Source: Chlamydiales bacterium
GTDB taxonomy: Bacteria; Chlamydiota; Chlamydiia; Chlamydiales; JAAZZY01
Direction of reading: 5' to 3'
Assembly (NCBI GenBank): GCA_965206695.1
Contig: CBDBKM010000013.1
Span: 167,961-231,960, forward strand
Length of the DNA: 64,000 nt
This document shows, piece by piece, positions 31,848 through 42,831 of this stretch. Position numbers and translations under genes: made by a program. The notes under the pieces are model-generated. The model saw only the letters and a program-made list of their open reading frames with translations, had not been told where the DNA came from and did no database searches. The first letter of the stretch is position 1; every line of letters begins with the position of its first letter.

Positions 31848-32782
31848 TAGTCATTTAATTTTATATTGATAAGATTGCTTGATCAATGGCGAATGTAAAA
31901 TTCGTAACTTTTCGTAATATCTCTCTAACTTTATTTTTCATATTAGCCCAATATTTTTCTATAGGATTTAAGTCCGGAGAATAGGGAGGAAGAAACATAA
32001 GCTTACAACCGGCAGATTCTACTATTTTCCTGCTTTCCGCTGACTTGTGAAAACCGGCATTGTCAAGAATAAGAACACTACCGGGTGTAAGCTGAGGAGT
32101 CAAAACTTCCTTAAGCCAAATATTGAATAACCCGGTATTACAAGTACCTTCAAAACACATTGGAAATAAAAACTGCCCTTTAGATAGGGCTGAAATAATA
32201 TTTTGCCTTATAAAGCGGTTTCCTGAAACCGCTCCAAAAACTTTTTTGCCGCGTAAGGTTCTTCCGGACTCACGAAATAAAAATTGATGAATCCCGGTTT
32301 CATCGAGATAAATTCTCTTGTCAAAGGGAATATTTTTTAAATCTTTCATAAAAGCTTCCCGTTTCTTTTCATCTCTTTCCTTATAGCGAGTAGTTTTTTT
32401 TTTCGTGTAATTTTTAATCTTTTAAGGGCATAAAAAATCGTTTGCGGAGTGACTGAAAAATAATCAGCAATTTCCGATAAAAAATAATCCGGATGTTTTT
32501 CTACATATTTAGATAACAACTCATCATCTAATTTCTTATAAGCATATTTTCTGCGGATTGGCTTTAAATGTCCTTTTTGCTTTTTTTGCAAGATCCATCG
32601 ATATATTGTTGCGATACCTACTTGAAAAATATGGCCGGCTGTTTTTTTATCATGATGTTTTTCTATATGTTGTCATACTTTCTCTCGAAGATCTACTGAA
32701 TAGGCTCTAGGCATTGTTTTGTCCTTACTGTTTGTATAAAAAAAGAAGGATAACATATTATCAAATAAAAATTAAAATACTA
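31848..32782 (-). mobile_element. IS630 type A copy with a +1 frameshift in orfA
   Basis: Near-identical to 7205-8139; extra A at ~32625. Confidence 0.93.
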
Positions 32783-32985
32783 TAGATGACACAGAAAAAT
32801 ACAACAGACTGAGACATTTGTTTCGAAATCAGCAAAAATGTAAATGATATAAGTCTCATAACATCTTATGAATTTATTCAACTATATTTGATTAAAGATT
32901 CTTAAAACAGATTTTATTCAAATATACTTGAATAAAATCCTTGTGTTATGATATCTTTCATTTACCATTGAATAAGAGGGCGCAA

Positions 32986-34110
32986 ATGAAAGAAAGAAGC
33001 GGTCACTATCTATCACAACCAACAGGATATAAAGCCTTTATTCCTAAGGATCTTCCCCCTAATCCTAAGATTATAATTAATTCTAAAATGCAGGAAACAA
33101 TTCTTGCTGCTGAAAAAGCTCTTGCTCAACTTAACGGAATTGGATTCCTTTTACCAAATCCTGACCTCTTTATTACAATGGCAATTCGAAAAGAAGCTTT
33201 GTTAAGTTCGCAAATTGAGGGAACACAAGCAACTATGACAGATATTCTCACGTATGAAGCATGGCATGAGGTAGAAAACTTTAATGATGTTGAAGAAGTT
33301 GTAAACTATATTAAAGCTCTTAATAAAACCATTCACTTGCTAAATGAATTTCCTTTAGGGATTAGAATTCTTCAATCTTCTCATAAGATACTACTCCAAG
33401 GAGAACGAGGAAAACATCAATTACCGGGAGAATTTAGAAACTCTCAAAATTGGATTGGTCCTTCCCTAAAGAATCCTGTTTTTATTCCGCCTCCGCACAA
33501 TGAAGCAAAGCAAATGATGGGGCATCTTGAAAAATTCATTAATCTGGATAATTCTCTTCATCCATTGATCCAATGTGCTTTGATTCACTATCAATTTGAA
33601 ACCATCCATCCTTTTTTAGATGGCAACGGACGCATTGGACGATTACTTATTGATCTTTTTCTTTATTGGAAACAGATTACTGAAAAACCGCTTTTATATA
33701 TTAGCCTCTTTTTTAAACAACATCGACAAGAATATTTTGATAGACTCATGCTTGTAAGAGAAGAAGGAAAATTTGAACAATGGGTGTTATTTTTTCTTAA
33801 TGCTATTATTTGGTCTTCCGAACATGCTATAAAAAAAATTAAACAGGTAATGCTACTTCAGCAACAGCTCAAACAATGTATTATCAAAGAAAAAAAAGCA
33901 TCTATTCTCAGTATAGCACTCTTGGATTTATTATTTCTTTCGCCTCTTTTTACTATTAATGATGTCGCTAAAAAGTTGAATATTTCTTATCAAGGTGCAA
34001 AAGACCAAATTACTCTATTCTTGAGCTTAGATATCCTAGAAGAACTCACAGGACAAAAGAGAGGCAAAAGATACGCTTTCAAACCTTACCTAAAAATTAT
34101 CGAACAGTAA
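32986..34110 (+). CDS. Fic-family protein (N-terminal autoinhibitory motif, C-terminal HTH-like region)
   Basis: HPFLDGNGRIGR and SSQIEGT; ATG 32986 after a GAGGG SD. Confidence 0.92.
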   Translation: MKERSGHYLSQPTGYKAFIPKDLPPNPKIIINSKMQETILAAEKALAQLNGIGFLLPNPDLFITMAIRKEALLSSQIEGTQATMTDILTYEAWHEVENFNDVEEVVNYIKALNKTIHLLNEFPLGIRILQSSHKILLQGERGKHQLPGEFRNSQNWIGPSLKNPVFIPPPHNEAKQMMGHLEKFINLDNSLHPLIQCALIHYQFETIHPFLDGNGRIGRLLIDLFLYWKQITEKPLLYISLFFKQHRQEYFDRLMLVREEGKFEQWVLFFLNAIIWSSEHAIKKIKQVMLLQQQLKQCIIKEKKASILSIALLDLLFLSPLFTINDVAKKLNISYQGAKDQITLFLSLDILEELTGQKRGKRYAFKPYLKIIEQ

Positions 34111-34122
34111 CATCAAAATCTC

Positions 34123-34959
34123 CTAATATTCCTGAAATCTAATTTCTAAATCTTGATCTAGAAGCCAAATGTGTTCTTTTTCGAGAATTTCAAACCGCAA
34201 GGATTCTCTATTCGTATCTAAGGTGGGTACAGATCTTGTATTAGCTTTTGTATAATGGATACCCCGGAAATCTATTCCTAATTCATCACACACTTTACTG
34301 ACCGATATTAAATATTCTAAATCATCATCAATAAAAATTACTTCTTTAAATGATAGGTTATTTTGATATATAGCTTCCTTCAGAATAGTTCCTTTATCCG
34401 ATAGAGCAGTTAAAATAATCCCTTGTTTTATCATAGGAACTCCATTCTCAGTTTCAAACTTAGGAAAACACATTTCTTCTTTAAAAGGAGAAATATCTAT
34501 AAAAGTAAGACCTATCTGATTAAGACCTCTAAATCTGAGTTCTTCCATTCGCACAATCCTTCCAAATTCACCTGTCCACCATCCCGTAAGAGCAACAGTG
34601 GGAATATTTCTCAATTTCAAGTCTATAAGCACTTCTAAGATTTGAGGATCAACAAGCTCTACATTACGTTTTTCAAAAAAATTGCTAAAAATATATTTCT
34701 GCTCATTCTTTGAATATTTTTTGGCTATCTTTTTTCTTAGCTCTTTTCGTAGTGGAATTTTAAATAGAAATTCCTCAGTTGGCATAATAATAACATCATC
34801 TACATCAAAAATAACTAATGTTTCGGTATCCGCACCTTTTAATACATCTTCTATTACTACCATTTTATCAGTAGTTATCACATTAGTTTGTGTATTAGCT
34901 TCAATATTAGTCGATAATACGACCATATAACCCAATATAGAAAGAATAAATCGTTTCAT
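34123..34959 (-). CDS. Exported HAD-like protein (DUF2608-like)
   Basis: Signal peptide, VIFDVDDVI, VALT, IFIDD. Confidence 0.75.
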   Translation of the reverse strand: MKRFILSILGYMVVLSTNIEANTQTNVITTDKMVVIEDVLKGADTETLVIFDVDDVIIMPTEEFLFKIPLRKELRKKIAKKYSKNEQKYIFSNFFEKRNVELVDPQILEVLIDLKLRNIPTVALTGWWTGEFGRIVRMEELRFRGLNQIGLTFIDISPFKEEMCFPKFETENGVPMIKQGIILTALSDKGTILKEAIYQNNLSFKEVIFIDDDLEYLISVSKVCDELGIDFRGIHYTKANTRSVPTLDTNRESLRFEILEKEHIWLLDQDLEIRFQEY

Positions 34960-35191
34960 TAAAAACTCCTGACTGCAAAAGTTTGACGTTATATCTAGAA
35001 ATAAGAAAAAAAACTATTCAAAACTAAAAAAGAGGTTAAAACTGCATTTTTCCTTAGGATATAGATCTCTTGAGCCATTCGAAAAAGCCTCTGATAAACA
35101 AAAATTACGTGTTTCATGTGTGTAAAAAAAAGTTGCAAGATCACTTACCTTTCGTTTGAAGTTAACCAAAAAAATCTCTAGTGGGTTTCAG

Positions 35192-35297
35192 TCAGGAGAA
35201 TATGGAGGAAGAAACAGAAGTTTGCATCCGGCTGATTCGATTAATTCTTTTGTCTTTTTGGATTTATGACAAGTTGCGTTGTCTAGAATGACTGTTT
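35192..35297 (-). pseudogene. Fragment of a further IS630-type transposase
   Basis: Minus translation TVILDNATCHKSKKTKELIESAGCKLLFLPPYSPD. Confidence 0.7.
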
Positions 35298-35340
35298 GAT
35301 TTTGCAACCTTTTGCATTTCTTAATCCTAAAAACTTGTTA

Positions 35341-35526
35341 GATCGAAACAGTCCGCTTATCTCACATCCAATCAATAACCTCATTCATTTCATTCAAAAA
35401 CTTTTCCGATCTCAGTGTTTTTTTACGTATAGAAAAAGATAGAAGACTTAATAGACATGGTTAAATTTCTTTATAAAAAAAAATTTTAACCTACCAAGCT
35501 ATTTTTAAACATTTATTCAGATGGTC
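35341..35526 (-). mobile_element. IS5-family left-end remnant
   Basis: Reverse-complement similarity to 23917-24060; RKKTLRSEKFLNEMNEVIDW. Confidence 0.6.
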
Positions 35527-35608
35527 TAAAAGTTTTAAAGGGAGTTTATTTTTTAAAATATTGTTGCCAAATGTTGGAATTGTCAGTTATAATGTAGTTA
35601 GATTTTTT

Positions 35609-35705
35609 GCCGGGGACCTTAAAAGGTAAAACCGCTCGAACTAGGTCAGGACCGGAAGGTAGCAGCCTTAAGGGTTCAGTTTTGTGTTTTAAGGCTATCT
35701 CCGGC
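35609..35705 (+). ncRNA. ffs: Signal recognition particle RNA (4.5S)
   Basis: CAGGACCGGAAGGTAGCAG helix-8 motif; complementary ends GCCGGGGA / TCTCCGGC; TATAAT at 35588; T-run downstream. Confidence 0.92.
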
Positions 35706-36320
35706 TTTTTTAGTTACCTCTTTTTCAATTTTATTCAAAACTTTTCTAAGACTCGAATCAATGTTTAGTTTTCTCTTTACTGAACTATTGATAAGACTTA
35801 AAAAATTTTCCCCTAATTCTTCTTCATTCTCAACATCTACTTGATGTTTTTCAGAAATGGAATACCCCATCTTTTTCATTTTCTTCATGATCTTTTCAGC
35901 TCGTAAGAGTGTGGGCATCGCTTTAGGAATATTATCAAACGGGTGGGTTCTCTTTTTTTCTTTATTTTTTATCTCTTCCCATTGCTTGGATACTTCATCT
36001 TCATTATCAAGCTTATTTCCTCCAAATACATGAGGATGACGCCTTATCAGTTTATCTTTTGCTCCTAGTAGAATATCTTGAAAAGGGGTACCTGTTTCCT
36101 TTTCAAAGAGACGAAAGACAAAAAGGAGAACAAAGAAAAGATCCCCTAATTCCTCTTTTAGATTGTCAGTATCTTGATTATTGATAGCATCGATAATTTC
36201 ATACCCTTCTTCAATTAAATAAGGCCGCACACTCTTTAAGGTTTGTTTCCGATCCCATGGACAGCCATCCGGTGCTAATAAAGTATCAATGACTTCAAGA
36301 AGTTGTTCGAATTCTTTCAT
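35676..36320 (-). CDS. mazG: MazG nucleoside triphosphate pyrophosphohydrolase
   Basis: GCPWDRKQT, EELGDL, KLIRRHPHVF. Confidence 0.93.
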   Translation of the reverse strand: MKEFEQLLEVIDTLLAPDGCPWDRKQTLKSVRPYLIEEGYEIIDAINNQDTDNLKEELGDLFFVLLFVFRLFEKETGTPFQDILLGAKDKLIRRHPHVFGGNKLDNEDEVSKQWEEIKNKEKKRTHPFDNIPKAMPTLLRAEKIMKKMKKMGYSISEKHQVDVENEEELGENFLSLINSSVKRKLNIDSSLRKVLNKIEKEVTKKAGDSLKTQN

Positions 36321-36482
36321 TATTTTTCCTTAATTTTATAAAAAGGATAAATAAAATGATCATTTTTGAATATAAAAACCCCTAAATAATTAATTACTCG
36401 GGGGCAATAGAGCTAAGCTATGAGTGTTAATTAACGTATTTTGCCTGTTCGATGAACCCTATGGTCCCCACAGGTCGGACAT

Positions 36483-36629
36483 TTAATTTTTTTGGTTATC
36501 TTCATCCATATGTTCGGTACTTGTACCGCTATTCTTTTTATTCGACCCGTGCTGTTTCTTTTGTTGACATCCAATTAATAATAAGGGGATTGAGGCTAAA
36601 AGAGCCAAAAACAACGTCGTCTTTTTCAT
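36483..36629 (-). CDS. Small 48-aa putative lipoprotein
   Basis: MKKTTLFLALLASIPLLLIG-CQQKK...; AAGGA SD; below the ORF-track cutoff. Confidence 0.7.
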   Translation of the reverse strand: MKKTTLFLALLASIPLLLIGCQQKKQHGSNKKNSGTSTEHMDEDNQKN

Positions 36630-37264
36630 ATTTAATCCTTTTAATTGACCTTGAAATATTACTACCTTGTTTAAGAAGGAACCTATAATAATTTAGCGGC
36701 TCCTTACACCTAAATCTACACTTTTCATGCTTTTTTATTTCAACCCCTCAAAGAAACTCCATTTAAAAACAAAATACCCTTAATTGATTAATAATAATAC
36801 ACTTAGGTGTCTAATGATTTTTTTTCATTTAATTTCTTATCCTACCGGTATACCTCTAGTTGAATGCGATACACTTAATTTAAATTAAAAATTGTCTACA
36901 GCTTTAACCAAGTTGCTAAAAATATGGAAAGTACTGAGAGCCAAACAAGTAACGTTTGGAATTGATTCCCCGAATATTTTTACAATAGCTACTGATGTTT
37001 TTGGTTGGGGCACAGCGCTTTTTGTAATCGGAGATGCTCATGGCTTTGTCCCTCCCAACACTTCTTTAAATGTACACTCTCTCTATTTTAGATCTTCTCG
37101 TAGCCGAATATACTCATTCACATTGGAAGCCGGACAGGCTTGAGTTTCGGCACTTGAAATGTATCATTCATTCATTCATGTTTTAAGCTTGTCTCGTAAA
37201 ATCGGGATTTTGTCTCTAAAAAAGCCCCTTATCTCTTATTCACAATCAGTTATGCAGAAGTTTT

Positions 37265-37352
37265 GTTAAGTACCAAATTCTTCTTTTCTAAACCTATCTC
37301 TCTAAAAAACCGTATTAATCAGATATTTCTTAAACACTTATTCAGATAGTCC
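37265..37352 (+). repeat. IS5-family right-end remnant
   Basis: Similar to 24913-24978; ends CACTTATTCAGATAGTCC. Confidence 0.55.
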
Positions 37353-37606
37353 TATATTTAGATTAAATTAATTGTATTAATAAAATATAGTTAGTTATAT
37401 AATTAATTATGAAAGATTAACAATAAACAAAAATATAATATAATAGTTGATGATTAATATGATAGGTGATAGTGTTACTAACACAATTGCATTTATCAAT
37501 GATAATTCTTCTTGGGCCACTGCTACCATGGTAACAGTATCGCTGCTACCTGTGTTAAAATTATTGGGTCTACAATTATTTAAGGTTAATTACGAACGTC
37601 AAACTA

Positions 37607-38702
37607 TACTCATCACGAATAAACCTCCGGATATTTTGTATTCGTATAGTGTAAATTATTTTGTATGAATTCATTTTTAACACTATCAGAAGAAAAGCAT
37701 CTCAGACAGCAACATAAACGAGAAAAGAATGGTCGTATACGAGATCGTATCAAGGCTGTTCTATTGTCGAATAAAGGTTGGAGTAATACTCGTATTGCTG
37801 AAGCTGTGCTTTTAGACGATGAAACAGTGTCTCGTCACATTAAAGAATATCAAAATAAACAGCAATTGCATGTAGAAAGCGGTGGTTCAGTCAGTAAACT
37901 TCTTGCGCCACAGTCAGAAGAATTCATTAAACATTTAACAACTCATACCTATGTCAAAGTAGAAGATATCTGTTCTTATGTTCTCGCGAAATATGGCATT
38001 GTTTATACGATTTCAGGGATGACTTCTTGGCTACACTCACATGGTTTTTCCTATAAAAAGCCTAAAGGTACACCGGCTAAGGCAAATTCTGATCAACAAA
38101 AAGCTTGGATGCAATTTTTACGCCAAGCTTATGGCATCTCTGCCTAAAAATGAGCCTGTTGAATTTGCTGATGGTGTACATCCAACTATGGCAACTAAAA
38201 TTTCTTATGGTTGGATTCGACCGGGAACAGATAAATTGATTGCAACAACAGCTTCTCGTACTCGAATGAATCTTATGGGGTCTATCAATTTAAACAGTAT
38301 GAAGGTAACAATAGATGCTTATGAAACATTAAATAGCGGTACCACGGCAAAGCATTTTGCTTTGCTACGGTCAAAATACCCCTCAGCTCCAAATATCCAT
38401 CTTATTTTAGATCAAGGCCCTTATAATACAAGTATTCAGACCAAACAAGAAGCAGAAAAACAAGGTATTATTCTCTATTATTTACCTTCTTACAGTCCTA
38501 ACCTCAATCCCATTGAACGATTATGGAAAGTGATGAATGAATATTGTCGCAATAATCGGTTTTTTAATTCTGCTAAAGAATTTCGGAGATCGATTACCGG
38601 ATTTTTTTGAAAATACTTGGCCCTCTATTGCTCAATCAATGAGGACACGAATCAATGATCATTTTCAAGTCTTAGAATCGGCACTTTGATTCATAAGGGG
38701 TA
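37607..38702 (+). mobile_element. IS630 type B copy with two +1 T-tract frameshifts
   Basis: Near-identical to 30085-31178; extra T at ~38117 and ~38605. Confidence 0.93.
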
Positions 38703-38731
38703 TATAACAGAGAACGCAGTGCATAATTTAT

Positions 38732-40378
38732 CGTGATTATTCCATTGAAATAAGCTAAAGAATTTTGTATTCTTTTTTGGAAAATTCCAAATAGTATTTC
38801 CAATGAAAGAATCTATTAGTAAAAAATTTAAAAAAATCGAATTAGGTATCCATAGAATAAAGTTATTTATATGGATAATATCATCTTGTGATGGCTCTAC
38901 AATAGAGGAGGCTTATTTCTTAGAGTAGCAATGACCATAGCCTCAAATATATTCGAAATTATTGGATATACTTTGCAGCGGATATTGCTTAGTTTTTTTC
39001 TTATACTTTGGATCTATAAGTTTGCTTCTTTCAAAATAAAAAAAAGAAGAAATGCCTTCAGTTACTTTTTCCGTCTTAAGAAATCAAGTTAGCATTTATA
39101 ACAGAGAGAAGGAAGATTTATATCTTACAGAATGTAAAGTTATGGAAGCAGAGCCACAAAATACAGAAGTTGAACTTAAAAAAATGCCGGAATTTTATGA
39201 TCAAGAAAGGATTTTAAGATCTAACTATCAAAGCATATTTTTAACTGCTAAGGAGTCCTACAAAATTACAAAGAATATTTCTAATTGTAGCATAGAATTA
39301 AAATTGAAAAATAAAAAACAAATATCATATACTTATTGTATTGAAATAAGTAATAATCCCATTTACGGGATGAGATTCGAACATCGTCATGCAGAAAAAA
39401 ATAAAAAATATCCAATTTCTAACGCAAAAAGATTTTCTAAACTGCTAGATACAATTATCAAAAAACAAGCCAAAAGATCAACTAGCATCATCTCAGGCTT
39501 CTTCCGATAATTGTAGCGAAAAGCAAACTCAGAAGAATAAGATTGCAGATGCTTCTTAGATACGTGAACATGAGTGCCTTTGATACTGTTTTTAAGACGT
39601 GACCGGAACCCCTCTAAGCCAATAACACTTATTCCATCTTTTGAAAACTCTTTTGCTGAATGTTTGACAGTTTTATGAAAATATCCACGGTTTGATAATG
39701 ACGAATAAGAAAAAAACTCATCACTGTGTATTGTAGAGTTTTGTTCTACAGCTAAATCAATTTTAGGAAGAAGATCTTTTTCCTTAACACCATTAACAAT
39801 ACCGACTACAAGATTATTGCCTTTTTCGAGCATTCCAAACAAAATAGACTTTCCGGTTGCTCCTCTTCCTCTTCTTCCTGATGATTTCCCTCCTACATAT
39901 GTTTCATCTACTTCTACTTCATTGGATAAAGAACGATTATCATCAATTTCAGCCATATATTTTCTTATCTTATGTCCCATACTCCAAGCACATTTATACG
40001 TGACTCTTAATTGCCGTTGTAGTTCTTTTGCAGGAACTCCGTGTCTACTAGTAGAAAATAAGTAAATAGCATAAAACCAAAGACTTAATCCGGTTTCTTG
40101 ATCTTTCGAAAATCGTACCAACACAGGGATACAAATGATGTCTGCATCCTTGACAAACATATGATCTCAGTGTTGAAACCGGATAAAATACTTTATTTTT
40201 TTTTGCACTTTGGGCATTCCGGCTTTCTACCATGCCTAATATTCATGACATGTTCTAAACATGCTTTGTCATTAGGAAATTTTTCTAAAAACTAATATAG
40301 AGTAATTGATTTCATATATTTCCCATTTTGGCTAGCATTATATGAAAATTGACTACTTATTTCAATGGAATAATCACG
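38732..40378 (-). mobile_element. IS1595-family element with a degraded transposase (start 40315) and passenger DNA
   Basis: 23-bp perfect IR CGTGATTATTCCATTGAAATAAG; 8-bp TSD TAATTTAT; CPKC zinc ribbon, VEVDETYVGG, HSDE, EFAFRYN. Confidence 0.92.
39052..39510 (+). CDS. Hypothetical passenger ORF inside IS1595
   Basis: 152-aa ORF convergent with and overlapping the transposase 3' end. Confidence 0.4.
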   Translation: MPSVTFSVLRNQVSIYNREKEDLYLTECKVMEAEPQNTEVELKKMPEFYDQERILRSNYQSIFLTAKESYKITKNISNCSIELKLKNKKQISYTYCIEISNNPIYGMRFEHRHAEKNKKYPISNAKRFSKLLDTIIKKQAKRSTSIISGFFR

Positions 40379-40789
40379 TAATTTATTTATGGGTTTGGAT
40401 GGTGGAGATAAAAATCTTTTTGATCATCTTTTTAACGATTCCTAAAAAGAGCCTCAAGAGTGTCATAGAACTGACTCGGATATTTATCACACCGGATATG
40501 AATGGCGTTAATAGAATTGACGTTATGCAGACTATTACAAATGTCCCTGAAGACGAACTTGAAAGTGTTATAAAACACCTTCAGGCACTTGGCATATCAG
40601 ATAAACATAACGATGAACTAATAAATATCTTAAAAGCTCTTATAAAAATTCCTGTAGATCAACGTGAACATTTCATAAAACTAGCGCGGTGCCTTATAAT
40701 AGAAGGTACGAATAATTTTAATAGATTTAGAATCGTGGAGGCTCTTATAGATATTCCTGCAGATCAACTTGAATATTTCATAAAACTAA

Positions 40790-41178
40790 CTCCACATCAA
40801 AAAAGCACTTTTGAATTTCAGCTAAAAAAAGACCTGTGATATAAATGAACGTAATCGTTTATGTGTGCTTCTTGCACGAAATGATGGTGTGGGGCCTGAT
40901 AACATTGCTCTTGTTCTGCGCTTAAGCCGGTCGATTGTTGATCAGTATTCGATGGAATTTCGATCAAAAAGAAACAATTCGGCATGATACCACACGAGAA
41001 TCAGACAATAAATGCTCCAAACTGCAAACGAAAGAACGAGTAAAACATCTGTCTTAATACACCTAATAGAAGGGTTAAGGATGTATGTGCATCTGTCTTA
41101 GAACACTATAACATTTTCTACAGCACAGGAGGGATGACATCTTGACTAAAACATCATCATTTTGTTATCAAAAGTCCT
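40790..41178 (+). pseudogene. IS630 type C transposase, N-terminal remnant
   Basis: ERNRLCVLLARNDG and VKDVCASVLEHYNIFYSTGGMTS align by eye with the type B N-terminus. Confidence 0.65.
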
Positions 41179-41179
41179 G

Positions 41180-42002
41180 TTTAATTCCGGAGAATAGGGC
41201 GGAAGAAACATAAGCTTACAACCGGCGGATTCTACTATTTTCCTGCTTTTTGCTGACTTGTGAAAACCGGAATTGTTAAAAATAAGAACACTACCGGGTG
41301 TAAGCTGAGGAGTTAAAACCTCCTTAAGCCAAATATTGAATAACCCGGTATCACAAGTACCTTCAAAACACATTGAAGACAAAAACTGCCCTTTAAAGAG
41401 GGCTGAAATAATATTCTGCCTTACAAAACGGTTTCCTGAAACTTCTTCAAAAACTTTTTTGCCGCGCAAGCTTCTTCCGGGCTCACGAAATAAAAATTGA
41501 TGAATCCCGGTTTCATCGAGATACATCCTCTTGTCAAAGAGAATATTTTCTCAATCTTTCATAAAAGCTTCCCGTTTCTTTTCATCTCTTTCCTTATAGC
41601 GAGTAGTCTTTTTTTTTGTATAATCTTTAATCTTTAATCTTTTAAGGGCATAAAAAATCGTTTGCGGAGTGACTGAAAAATAATGAGCAATTTCCGATAA
41701 AAAATAATCCGGATGTTGTTCTACATATTTAGATCACAACTCATCATCTAATTTCTTATAAGCATACTTTCTACGGATTGGTTTTAAATGTCCTTTTTGT
41801 TTTTTTTGCAATACTCATCGATATACTGTTGCGATACCTGCTTGAAAAATATGGCCGGCCGGCTTCTTGTCATGATGCTTTTCTATACGTTGTCATACTT
41901 TCTCTCGAAGGTCTACTGAATAGGCTCTAGGCATTGTTTTATCTTTACTGTCTGTATAAAAAGAGAAGGATAACATATTATCAAATAAAAATTAAAGTGC
42001 TA
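41180..42002 (-). mobile_element. Diverged, truncated IS630 type A copy
   Basis: Similar to 7205-8030 with many substitutions; one end retained (AAAGTGCTA). Confidence 0.88.
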
Positions 42003-42831
42003 TAAACAAAGATGGCTTTTGGTTTTTTCAGAGCAAGCCTATCAGAGAGAGATAAAATCATTAGAAAAAAAATTGACCAAGGCAGAAGAAAAGCTCAAGA
42101 AACAACTTTGGCATTTGGGTAATGAGGAATTTAAATGCGAAAAGTGATGCTAAAAAAGCTTGGGGCAGATTGACTAAAAAAAATCATTTATATTCCATGA
42201 ATAGTGAGATATTGCCGATTCTAAAATATGGTAAATTAGGCAAACCTAAACAAGGAGAGGAAAAACAAGTTGTTGGATACAAGATTCATGCTAGCTTTGA
42301 AAGGGAAGAAGAAGAAATTAATAAACTGATGAATAGAAAAGGACGGTTTATTTTAGCTACGAATGACACCGATAGAGAAAATTATAAAGATGAGATGATG
42401 TTAGAAGAATATAAAGAACAGCAAAAGGTTGAAGGAGGGTTTCGCTTTTTAAAAGATCCTTGGTTTATGGTTGATTCTATTTTTTTAAAAACCCCTCGAC
42501 GCATTGAAGCATTAATGATGGTTATGACATTGTGTTTAATGGTTTATAATATCGGACAATATCAACTTCGACAAAAATTGATAGAAACAGAAGAGACATT
42601 ACCCAACCAATTAGGAAAGGAAGTCAAAATCCAACATTAAGATGGATTTTCCAAATTATGGAAGGTATCGGAATAATCCGTTTTTTTCAGAAGACTTCCC
42701 GGAGAATTTGTAAAGAAATGATCACAAATTTAACCCGTCTTCGGAAAAAGATTATTGTTTTGTTTGGAAAGACTGCAATGAGGATGTATGGCTTAATTAG
42801 AAAAACTTGTTTAGAGGTCTAGGAATGTCGG
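42003..42831 (+). mobile_element. Partial IS1634 copy (3' half, frameshifted)
   Basis: Near-identical to the reverse complement of 54099-54927; end GGTCTAGGAATGTCGG. Confidence 0.92.

Larger units (their letters stand above)
37450..40790 (+). pseudogene. Helical-repeat protein gene broken by IS630-B, IS1595 and IS630-C
   Basis: Pieces 37450-37606, 38705-38731 and 40387-40790 join after IS removal; ~38-aa repeats containing IP/VP. Confidence 0.65.

Noticed and set aside
35040..35149. Possible IS1-like end (GATCACTTACC)
   Set aside because: Single short match with no partner end or transposase remnant identified
32986..36320. Fic plus MazG as an anti-phage defence module
   Set aside because: MazG is the ordinary housekeeping type next to ffs, and is separated from Fic by another gene and IS debris
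36892..37143. 83-aa ORF, or an opposite-strand pseudogene
   Set aside because: No recognisable motifs or SD; the minus frame has internal stops; cannot assign
35526..37352. Composite transposon carrying ffs and mazG between IS5 ends
   Set aside because: The end orientations do not enclose the segment and the cargo is core genes
38803..38930. HicB-like antitoxin (DGSTIEEAY)
   Set aside because: Only a short motif in a ~41-codon ORF with no HicA partner; insufficient support
40342..40386. Start of the 165-aa ORF (MKIDYLFQW...)
   Set aside because: Lies within the IS1595 end; the ORF is a chimera of IS end, repeat-gene fragment and IS630-C
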